From IMG/VR virus record IMGVR_UViG_3300045988_019421, positions 31,999-95,998 of that record: a stretch of 64,000 nucleotides of DNA, one strand, 5' to 3'. Within the stretch, counting starts at the first letter, position 1. Every line of letters begins with the position of its first letter. The position numbers were made by a program, and so were the translations under genes. Below are positions 31,103-39,336 of the stretch, piece after piece. The notes beneath the pieces were generated by a model, which saw only the letters and a list, made by a program, of their open reading frames with translations, made no database searches and was not told the origin of the DNA. The DNA comes from a virus.

Positions 31103-31473
31103 TGATAGAAGTAAGTGTAGTAAAACAAAAGCTGCAAGATTACATTGTTAATCAGATAGATATTCTTGGCGAATCTAATCCAGCTATTAAGTTAGTTAAG
31201 CCTTTGGCTAAACGTGCAATTATTAATAACATTGATAGTTTTGATAAGTTTATCAATACTATTGCTAAAGACGGAAAGATTGATATTGAAGGTATAGTTG
31301 ATGAGGAGATTGAAATAATCAAATCTATTCCTAACTTTGATTTTAATATTCCAGTTCTAGGTAATGGTAACATCTCTAATGGTAACATAACTCTTTCTAT
31401 TCCTTTTATTAATAAAGGAATTATGTTTAACCAGTCTGATTTGGAAACATTCAGACAACTATTAACTAAGTAA
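31102..31473 (+). CDS. Hypothetical protein
   Basis: 123-aa ORF with a TAATG junction to the upstream gene. Confidence 0.6.
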   Translation: MIEVSVVKQKLQDYIVNQIDILGESNPAIKLVKPLAKRAIINNIDSFDKFINTIAKDGKIDIEGIVDEEIEIIKSIPNFDFNIPVLGNGNISNGNITLSIPFINKGIMFNQSDLETFRQLLTK

Positions 31474-31480
31474 TATTATT

Positions 31481-32137
31481 ATGAGAGAAGTACCATACGA
31501 GACAGACCAAGATGTTCGTGCTCGTTCTCGAAGAGAAGAAATGTACGAACGAATTAATGATTTCCTTGCTCGTGGCGGTCGCGGAAGAAGCGGTCGTAGC
31601 GGACGTGGAAGAGGAATGATGAATCGTATTGGATATAAGACTTACGACAACTACGACAGGGATGAACAAAGAGGTTACGGTGAACGTCATAGATATGATG
31701 AAAGTCGAGGTTATGATGGAAGTCACGGCTACGATGAAGAAGAACGTATGCTTCTTATGCAAATGCTTGGAGTAGATGGAAACGAACGTTATAATGATTA
31801 TGGTGATGAACATTTTAATAAACAGGAAGCTAAACGTACTGTTGATGAAATGTACCATGTCAAAGACGGTAAGAAATATATCGGTGAGAAATACGATATG
31901 CAGAAAGCTCACGAAGTTTGTAGTAAATTTAAAGATAAACTAGAAGATGAAGTAGAAGTTGCTGATGTTTATGTAGCTATTAATGCTCAATATCACGACT
32001 ACTGTGAACTGTTCGAGAAGTGGTTCGGAAAAGGAAACTTTGACGATATGATATTTGAGAGTGCTATCAGCTTTTGGTTCGATGATGTAGACTTCGGAGA
32101 AGATAAACTCTGGAAATACTTTAATGAATTAAAGTAA
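31481..32137 (+). CDS. Hypothetical protein with an Arg/Gly-rich (RGG/RGY) N-terminal half
   Basis: 218-aa ORF: RGGRGRSGRSGRGRG ... RGYGERHRYDESRGYDGSHGYDEEE, then an acidic/aromatic C-terminal half. Confidence 0.65.
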   Translation: MREVPYETDQDVRARSRREEMYERINDFLARGGRGRSGRSGRGRGMMNRIGYKTYDNYDRDEQRGYGERHRYDESRGYDGSHGYDEEERMLLMQMLGVDGNERYNDYGDEHFNKQEAKRTVDEMYHVKDGKKYIGEKYDMQKAHEVCSKFKDKLEDEVEVADVYVAINAQYHDYCELFEKWFGKGNFDDMIFESAISFWFDDVDFGEDKLWKYFNELK

Positions 32138-32158
32138 TACAAGTTCTGTTATATTCCT

Positions 32159-32200
32159 AAAGAGAGATTACTAAATAATAGTAGTCTCTCTTTTCTTTTT
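32159..32200 (+). terminator. Rho-independent terminator
   Basis: AGAGAGATTACT (32161-32172), loop AAATAAT, AGTAGTCTCTCT (32180-32191, one mismatch), then TTTCTTTTT. Confidence 0.7.
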
Positions 32201-32220
32201 AAAATAAAATCCTATATTTG
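32191..32220 (+). promoter_or_regulatory. Probable Bacteroides-type promoter (-7 box TATATTTG)
   Basis: TATATTTG at 32213-32220, 20 nt upstream of ATG 32241. The T-rich -33 region overlaps the terminator tail (TTTT, not a perfect TTTG). Confidence 0.45.
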
Positions 32221-32240
32221 CATCTGTAATATAAAACTTA

Positions 32241-32414
32241 ATGCTTATGGGAATATTTGTTAAAGTGTTGTTTGTAACTATAATAGCTATTACTATTATA
32301 GTATTCGCATGGAAAGAGATTACTACTATTCTTCCTGTGAAAGTTGTATCTTATGTAAAGATAGCAGGTGTGCTATTAAGTGTTATTCTAGGTACTCTAT
32401 TATTCTTATTGTAA
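32241..32414 (+). CDS. 57-aa two-TM membrane protein (holin/antiholin-like); not in the ORF track
   Basis: MLMGIFVKVLFVTIIAITIIVFAWKEITTILPVKVVSYVKIAGVLLSVILGTLLFLL. The stop is at 32412-32414 and the next gene's ATG is at 32416. It replaces the out-of-frame ORF-track entry 32309..32503. Confidence 0.45.
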   Translation: MLMGIFVKVLFVTIIAITIIVFAWKEITTILPVKVVSYVKIAGVLLSVILGTLLFLL

Positions 32415-32415
32415 T

Positions 32416-32772
32416 ATGGACTTCGGGAATATACTTAATGAAATTCTACGTACTACTGCTACTAGTTTCGATTTCGCATTTGTTATCTGTGTTAATGTAC
32501 TAGCATACCTAGTAATTAAACTAGTTGATAAACTTAATGGAGATAAAGTAGTAAGTACTTGGAATAAGAGAATGATAACTCTTGTATGTGCTGTATTAAT
32601 GGGAGTAATATACTTCTCGTTAAAGTTAGGTGATGTTAAAGTAGTACTTAATTCTATTATTCTTAGCTTCGTTTTTTGGTCATGGGTTATAAAACCTATA
32701 CTATCCTTCTTCAAGATAGACTATAAGAAGTTTATAATAGAAGATGATGAACCTAATCAATATCCAAAGTAA
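32416..32772 (+). CDS. 118-aa three-TM membrane protein with a charged C-terminus (holin-like)
   Basis: Three hydrophobic helices and a KIDYKKFIIEDDEPNQYPK tail. This is holin-like topology only; no homology was verified. Confidence 0.5.
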   Translation: MDFGNILNEILRTTATSFDFAFVICVNVLAYLVIKLVDKLNGDKVVSTWNKRMITLVCAVLMGVIYFSLKLGDVKVVLNSIILSFVFWSWVIKPILSFFKIDYKKFIIEDDEPNQYPK

Positions 32773-33005
32773 GTACTATTAGTTAGAGTAGTAAGTGAGG
32801 GTCGGCTAGCAATGGTCGGCTCTTACAGTATATACATCTCTTTATGGGGGAATAAAAACTACGTCCCACGCTCCTACGCTTTCACAGAAGCCCATCATTG
32901 CATTTTAGTGCCTAACCTTAACTTACTATTATCCGATAGACTTGCGTGCCTCTATGAGCCTTAAAATGCGTCATGTGTATAAAAATGTTTACAATGCGAA
33001 TAACT

Positions 33006-33029
33006 GTAAGCTAGATAGTAAGCTAGATA
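33006..33029. repeat. 2 x 12-nt tandem repeat GTAAGCTAGATA
   Basis: Exact tandem copies at 33006-33017 and 33018-33029 in the intergenic region. Confidence 0.85.
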
Positions 33030-33060
33030 ATAGTGCTGAATCAAAATTATTAATAAAAGT

Positions 33061-33091
33061 CTTGTTAGTACCAATATAATAACTATATTTG
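33061..33091 (+). promoter_or_regulatory. Bacteroides-type promoter (CTTG-N19-TATATTTG)
   Basis: TATATTTG at 33084-33091, 31 nt upstream of ATG 33122. A -33-like CTTG at 33061-33064 has 19-nt spacing. The geometry matches the promoter at 5633-5663. Confidence 0.5.
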
Positions 33092-33121
33092 TTATAATAC
33101 TAATTCAAAAACAAAAGTAAT

Positions 33122-33814
33122 ATGGCTTCATTAAATCAAATTGTATCTGAAATAGCTCATGCTATTCATCAGCCTAATAACTTTACTACGAGACAAACTA
33201 TTCGTAGTGCTGTTATTCATACATTCAATGAACAGATAAGACAGACTTATGAGCGTCATGCTAATGTCGATAAGATATTAATGCAGAGATATAGAGTAAG
33301 TCTTATTAGTGTTCCTGACGGAGATATATTTCAAAGTCTTGTAAGTACGAAGTATAAAGTTAAAAGAAGCAAGACTAGAATACCTAGACCAGTTCGTCTT
33401 GATAATAATCTTCCTTTTGTTAGTGTTCGTACTGTTGGTTATGATAATATGGCTATTCCTTTTATTAAAGAAGCAAATGCTCAATTTTATAAAGCATTGC
33501 CAGGAATGTGTACTAGTCTAAGTTATGATTATATCAATGGTTATCTATATGTTAATGGAAATGGTAATCCGTTGATTGAACCACTAGGACATATTGTTAT
33601 TGAATCACCATTTGAAATACCTACTGAAATTCCTATTGAAACAGAAGAAGGAGTTGAATCCAACTTCGATAATGATGATGAATTTATCATTCCCGAAGAT
33701 ATGGTAGAACGCATTAAAGAAGTAATCTATAAACGTAATCTACTTAATGTAGAGAGAGTAACTAATGAAGTCCCAGTTAAGGATGATATAAATAAACAAC
33801 AAATAGAAGTATAA
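33122..33814 (+). CDS. Hypothetical structural protein
   Basis: 230-aa ORF, first gene of the second structural operon. Confidence 0.65.
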   Translation: MASLNQIVSEIAHAIHQPNNFTTRQTIRSAVIHTFNEQIRQTYERHANVDKILMQRYRVSLISVPDGDIFQSLVSTKYKVKRSKTRIPRPVRLDNNLPFVSVRTVGYDNMAIPFIKEANAQFYKALPGMCTSLSYDYINGYLYVNGNGNPLIEPLGHIVIESPFEIPTEIPIETEEGVESNFDNDDEFIIPEDMVERIKEVIYKRNLLNVERVTNEVPVKDDINKQQIEV

Positions 33815-33816
33815 TT

Positions 33817-34788
33817 ATGGCTAGCGGTGAAAGATACGACCACAGAAATATGTATACTAGCTTTATAAAGACAGCCGAAGAGGATTATGTTCTCGTGTCT
33901 GAAAAGATAGCTAGATATAAATCTTTATTATATAAAATCAAATATTCTATTGAACAGAATAGAAATGCTATTGAAGCTATATTTGATGTATGTGTCTATA
34001 ACTATTGGGAATGGAATACTGATGAACTAGATGTTGATAGAAAGATGGAGAAAGCAATAGATGCTAAGTTCACTAAATTCGATTCTTCCAAACAATTAAG
34101 ATACGGTAACATATATCGTAACTTAAAACAATACTTTAGAGTACTTCGTAAAATAAAAGAATATGAGATAAGACAGCAGAGAATTAAGAACCGTAAGAGT
34201 ATTACTCGTCCTCAATATGAAGCCTATTGCAAGTTATTCTTTAGAGAAGTATCTAAAGAAGTTCTAAGAGGAAAAGTTTATAAGTTTGAAAAGAGATTAG
34301 GTTGTCTTATTATAGAAAGGGTTCTAGTTAGAGATAGTTTTACTACTGCTGATGGAAAAGTTGTTAAGTTCAAAAAAGTAATTGACTATTATAAAACAGA
34401 ACTAAACAAAAGAAATCTTCTTGCACAAGGACTTATTCCTTATAATAAGAAAGACCATGCGGCAGCATTACTAAGAGGTGAGAAATACGAAGGAATTAAA
34501 TATGTGGAGTATCTTGATAATCCTTATTATTGTAAGTTACTTATGATTGATGGTACAATTAAGAATAGACCATTATTTAAATTCTATGGAACAAACCTTC
34601 ACATGAAACGTAGTAATGATGATATACTATCTGAATGTAAGACTGTTGAAGATATTATTAATGTTGATACTGATATTAATAATCGTCTTTCTTTAATTAA
34701 TAAGTTTGACCCAAGTTACACTATAAAATATATTAGAAATAATGAACAAAGAGCTATCTTCCGTAGAAACTATTATCGCAAGACTTGA
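33817..34788 (+). CDS. Hypothetical basic protein
   Basis: 323-aa ORF, Lys/Arg/Tyr-rich. Confidence 0.65.
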   Translation: MASGERYDHRNMYTSFIKTAEEDYVLVSEKIARYKSLLYKIKYSIEQNRNAIEAIFDVCVYNYWEWNTDELDVDRKMEKAIDAKFTKFDSSKQLRYGNIYRNLKQYFRVLRKIKEYEIRQQRIKNRKSITRPQYEAYCKLFFREVSKEVLRGKVYKFEKRLGCLIIERVLVRDSFTTADGKVVKFKKVIDYYKTELNKRNLLAQGLIPYNKKDHAAALLRGEKYEGIKYVEYLDNPYYCKLLMIDGTIKNRPLFKFYGTNLHMKRSNDDILSECKTVEDIINVDTDINNRLSLINKFDPSYTIKYIRNNEQRAIFRRNYYRKT

Positions 34789-35473
34789 TAATGATTTCAA
34801 TATTATGAGTAGCGATTATATACCTAGAGTGGGTGCTTGGTGTATAGATGCTATGAATGAAATGGGTATTCTTCAATATGAAGAAAAAGAAACTACTATT
34901 GATGTTGTTGATAGAGTTGCTTATTTCCCATGCTGCATGAATGCTTTTAAAGTTTATGTTGAGGGTTGCGAGATTTCCCCCTTAAAGAAAAGTAAATGCT
35001 CTTGCTCTTCCGGTACTACCGAACATTTCGTTCAAGATAGAGAAAAAGCTAGAGAACGTGAAAGTAAGCATACTGTTGAGATTGACCCCGAAGGTTACGA
35101 AGGAAAGAATTATGTATATCTTCGAGATGCTAATGCAATTCAATTAAACTTTGATGCCGATATTGTTACCGTATCCTATCTTACAGTTAAGACTGTATAT
35201 AGTGATACGTTTCATTGTAATATACCTGTTATTCCTAATAACGGTAAACTTATTGAAGCACTTGAATGGTTCTGTATGTGGAAGCTACTAAGTAGAGGAC
35301 TTAAACATCAAGTCTATTCTCTACAAGGTGCTATGCCAGTCAATCCATATTTGTTATGGAGAGATTCTCGTGACAGAGCTAGAGCTTCTGTTATTAATGA
35401 AAACCAAGATGCTAACGCTTATAAAGGTTGGGCGTCATTCTTTTATAATTCAACATTTAGACCTAGAGACTAA
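34742..35473 (+). CDS. Hypothetical structural protein (alternative start ATG 34805)
   Basis: 243-aa ORF. The start at 34742 overlaps the upstream gene by 47 nt, while the in-frame ATG at 34805 avoids the overlap. Confidence 0.6.
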   Translation: MNKELSSVETIIARLDNDFNIMSSDYIPRVGAWCIDAMNEMGILQYEEKETTIDVVDRVAYFPCCMNAFKVYVEGCEISPLKKSKCSCSSGTTEHFVQDREKARERESKHTVEIDPEGYEGKNYVYLRDANAIQLNFDADIVTVSYLTVKTVYSDTFHCNIPVIPNNGKLIEALEWFCMWKLLSRGLKHQVYSLQGAMPVNPYLLWRDSRDRARASVINENQDANAYKGWASFFYNSTFRPRD

Positions 35474-38400
35474 TGGAAATAATTAAAGAACTTAATAAAG
35501 ATGATGGGTTAGAATTTATAAAGAATGGTTCTATTACTCATGCTGTAAATGTAATAGTTTCTAAAGATGGTAATTCTATTCAGAATGAAAAGTCTTTAGA
35601 GACTATTGTTACTTTAGATGAAGGAGAGAAAATAGTAGGTATAATTTCTTGTGCTAGAGAACTAGTAATATTTACTGCTAGTAATAAGATATATCGTTAT
35701 GATGAAAATACTAAAATTAATACTTTAGTTTCTTCATCATGGAAGTGGTATGGTGGAGAAGTATTTGGAACTTATACTTATAATGTTCGTGGAGATTTAA
35801 TAGTAGCTATTAGTGAACGTAATCCTAGAGAAGATGTTCCATTAAAAGTTATTAATATAAATAATGCTAATCTTGGTTCTGATAATATATTTACTTTAAA
35901 TCCTGATATTCCTCAAACTACTGTTGTTGATTACGGTCAAGAATATGGTGGTAGAATGAGAAATGGAACTTATTTATTATTTATAAGATTTGAAATTAGC
36001 GATAATGAATTTACTAGTTGGAAAGATTTAGGAGTAGTTATTTATCTATCTCCTAGTCTAACTAGTAATATAATATCTTCTGTAACTCTTCAAGGACCTA
36101 GTAATACTACTTCTACTTATGATATTAGAGACTATGCAAGAGAAGATATTGAATACAACGCTAATTCTATATTTGCTACTTTAAATATAGATAATAAAAG
36201 TGGAAATACTTTTAAGTCTTTCCAAATAGCTTATATATGTACTTATAAAGATGGAAAAGAAGCATTTAATTTAGGTTCTTATTCATTTAACGAATCAGGT
36301 ATTTATAGAATATCAGGAAATCGTAGTAGTAAAGAATCTATTTCAGTAGATGAAGTTTTAATATCCGCTAATAACTTCAATCTTTATAATGTAAAAACAA
36401 TGTGTAACTATAATAATAGATTATATGTTGCTAATTATAAAGAAGAAACTCGTAAGTTAGATATTTCCAATATTGATACTAGTAGTATTGCTGTTGGAGT
36501 ATGTATGGAAGAAGATTACTATAGAAATAGATTAAATGATGGATATGTTTTAAATGTAGGTAAACCAATAGAAGATGAAGTATACAGATTCTATATTCAT
36601 TATGTTCGTCCTGACGGTAGTTATACAGAAGGTATAGTAATTGAAAATAATAATTATCGTCATAAAAAAGATGATGGCACATGGGAAAAAATACCTGTTC
36701 AAATAGTTATAGGAAGATATTATAATACTTCAACAAATAAAGATGTTGATATTATGTTTGATTGCTATGATGATACTAAGGTATCTGATGTAAAAGCTGC
36801 AATCGAACAAGCTAAGATAGATTATCCCGGTTATTATTCTTCTACTATTAAGGATAAACTAGGACTTATAGATATGGCAGAAAAAGCTAAAATAGATTAT
36901 TATTGGTTTAATCTTGACCCAAGATTTACTAATGGTAATACTACTCACGCTAGTCCGTATTGGAATATGATATTCTGTTGTCCTTATACTAATAATAATG
37001 GAGATAGATTATTTAGAACTCCTCATAAGATTAAAGGAAACTTTACTTTTAGAGAAGTTCCTATGTATGAAGGTTTTGTAGGTTTCTTTATAAGTTATGA
37101 AGAAATACAAAGTATTCTTATATGTGATGGTATTGTTGACCAACATAGAGATATTGCAATAGGAACTGATACTAATAGTAAACTTCAAAGTAGTTTTAAT
37201 AGTGTTACTCCTTATGGATATAGTTATCAGTTTTATTCTGATGATATATATGTATTAAAGAAAAGTGCTACTCCTAATGTATTTGTTGATTTAGGAGTAT
37301 TTAGTTTTATGAATCGTGATGCTCAAAATACTAATAAAGGATGGGCTGCTAAATATATTGCTAAGGATTGTTTTCCGGGTTCTAATAGAATAGCTAATAT
37401 AGTAAATACAGACCCATATTATAATATAGAAAATACTTATAATATGGGAGTATCTGCAAGTATTATAAGTAATACAGGGGGACAATATTATAAACTTACT
37501 TTTCCTTCCGTTGGAAAAGCAACAACTCCTGTAACTGTTAATGTTATGGATGATGGGAGTGCTAGAAAATTAACTACTATTGGAAGATTGCTTTATGTAA
37601 GTCAAGAAATATATATTAAGAAAGAAGGAGTTAAATTAATTCGTTTAGGACAAACTAAATATATTAATGGAGAAATTACTCCTACTGGAAAGTATATGTA
37701 TGGAGATAATCTACAAAAACAAAATGTTACAGGATTTGTATCCCTACAATCAGTTATCATATTTGATAGTGGTGGTGTTAAGTTTGTTGGAGATTGGTGT
37801 CCTAGATTTGGGGATGATTCTTTACAAGATGAAAGATTTTATAGGAGATATATAGATAACTTAAATCCTTCTGCTGATACTCGTGATAATCTTCATATAA
37901 ATGCAGTAGAATTTTATAAACAAACTTCTTATCTTCCTTCTGCTAAGATAATGAAGAATAATATTCCTGAAGTTTATTTTACTTATACTAGTTCAGGTGT
38001 TATTAAAAATATTGGTAATAAGCAATTAACTGCTGCAACATTATTTGATTTATATGAAATAGCTTCTATGTATTACGATTATGCTAGACCTAACTTAAAC
38101 GCTTATAATCCAAATGCAGTTAGTAATCAGATAACTACTTATGGTAAATTTATTCGTAGAAGTAATGTTTTACAATCTGAATCAACTGCTAATGCTTGGA
38201 GACAATTTCCGGCTGATGAATATAAGGTAATAAGTGAAAATAAAGGAGATATAATTAATATATTAGGTATTGGTGTTTATCTTATTGCTCATTGTGAACA
38301 TTCAATGTTTATCTTTAATAGAGATAGTACTCTTTTTACTAAAGATAAAGACGTTCAAATGTATATGCCTGATGCTTTTGATACTGAATATCAAGAAGTA

Positions 38401-39336
38401 TTTACTAGTGAAAAAGGATATGGCGGTTTACAAGACTATAATGCCTTTACTTGTAATGAAACTGGTTATATATTCTTTGATAAAAGTAAACGAAGAATAT
38501 ATAGATTCGATGATAAACAACTTAATAATATTACTGATGGTGTTCAGAGTATTATAGATGATTATGTAACCGAAGATACTATTGTTGATATGGGAATGGA
38601 TAAAGAGAATAATAGACTAATCTGCTCCTTTACGGGGGAAAATCAGATTATAACATTATCTTATTCCTTTATTACAAGTAGTTGGATAAGTACTCATAAT
38701 TATTCAGGTAAATATTTTAATACTAAGACAGACTTATATTTAACTAACGATAATGCTCTTAACTATATATATAGATTAGGCAATATAAAAGTAAACACTT
38801 TCCTTGATTATGGAAATTGTACAATTCCTGAATCTAAGAATATATTTTATATAGGCGATAAGAATACTGGTTGTGCTGTAATAGATATAATATTTAACTT
38901 AGAGTTTGAAACAATTAAGTTACTTAATTATATTTGTTATGCTATAAAAAATTCTAGTAATATTAATTATAGTGGAGATAAAATTCTTATATTTACAAAC
39001 TCATGTATATCGTCTGAATGGGATATTAACAATGAAGAACGTAATGTTCCTAATTTTACTAAATCTTATTACGAACATGGTAAGTGGAACTTTAACTATT
39101 TCCGTAATCTAATTAATACAGTTGAACTGAAAGAACCTATAAATAGGTTAACTGGAAAATATAACTTTAGTATAATGGATGGAGAAGAAGATAGAATAAC
39201 GATAAGTAAGAACTATAAGGCTAGCGACAGTCTTATCAATGGTAAATATATCGGTATTCGTTTTATTATCCATGAAACTAATTCTAAAGTTAGTCTAAGT
39301 AATATTGAATGTTATGTTAATAAATACAGAGAATGA
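35473..39336 (+). CDS. Large tail/neck structural protein (1287 aa)
   Basis: Beta-rich, Asn/Tyr-rich sequence directly upstream of the cargo-like giant genes. Its position resembles the tail-barrel/muzzle proteins of crAss-like phages (inference only). Confidence 0.55.
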   Translation: MEIIKELNKDDGLEFIKNGSITHAVNVIVSKDGNSIQNEKSLETIVTLDEGEKIVGIISCARELVIFTASNKIYRYDENTKINTLVSSSWKWYGGEVFGTYTYNVRGDLIVAISERNPREDVPLKVININNANLGSDNIFTLNPDIPQTTVVDYGQEYGGRMRNGTYLLFIRFEISDNEFTSWKDLGVVIYLSPSLTSNIISSVTLQGPSNTTSTYDIRDYAREDIEYNANSIFATLNIDNKSGNTFKSFQIAYICTYKDGKEAFNLGSYSFNESGIYRISGNRSSKESISVDEVLISANNFNLYNVKTMCNYNNRLYVANYKEETRKLDISNIDTSSIAVGVCMEEDYYRNRLNDGYVLNVGKPIEDEVYRFYIHYVRPDGSYTEGIVIENNNYRHKKDDGTWEKIPVQIVIGRYYNTSTNKDVDIMFDCYDDTKVSDVKAAIEQAKIDYPGYYSSTIKDKLGLIDMAEKAKIDYYWFNLDPRFTNGNTTHASPYWNMIFCCPYTNNNGDRLFRTPHKIKGNFTFREVPMYEGFVGFFISYEEIQSILICDGIVDQHRDIAIGTDTNSKLQSSFNSVTPYGYSYQFYSDDIYVLKKSATPNVFVDLGVFSFMNRDAQNTNKGWAAKYIAKDCFPGSNRIANIVNTDPYYNIENTYNMGVSASIISNTGGQYYKLTFPSVGKATTPVTVNVMDDGSARKLTTIGRLLYVSQEIYIKKEGVKLIRLGQTKYINGEITPTGKYMYGDNLQKQNVTGFVSLQSVIIFDSGGVKFVGDWCPRFGDDSLQDERFYRRYIDNLNPSADTRDNLHINAVEFYKQTSYLPSAKIMKNNIPEVYFTYTSSGVIKNIGNKQLTAATLFDLYEIASMYYDYARPNLNAYNPNAVSNQITTYGKFIRRSNVLQSESTANAWRQFPADEYKVISENKGDIINILGIGVYLIAHCEHSMFIFNRDSTLFTKDKDVQMYMPDAFDTEYQEVFTSEKGYGGLQDYNAFTCNETGYIFFDKSKRRIYRFDDKQLNNITDGVQSIIDDYVTEDTIVDMGMDKENNRLICSFTGENQIITLSYSFITSSWISTHNYSGKYFNTKTDLYLTNDNALNYIYRLGNIKVNTFLDYGNCTIPESKNIFYIGDKNTGCAVIDIIFNLEFETIKLLNYICYAIKNSSNINYSGDKILIFTNSCISSEWDINNEERNVPNFTKSYYEHGKWNFNYFRNLINTVELKEPINRLTGKYNFSIMDGEEDRITISKNYKASDSLINGKYIGIRFIIHETNSKVSLSNIECYVNKYRE

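Noticed and set aside
32309-32714. ORF-track entries 32309..32503 (+) and 32406..32714 (-).
   Set aside because: They overlap, out of frame, two better-supported tightly coupled membrane ORFs (32241..32414 and 32416..32772). Those two have a promoter-like box upstream and clean TM topology.
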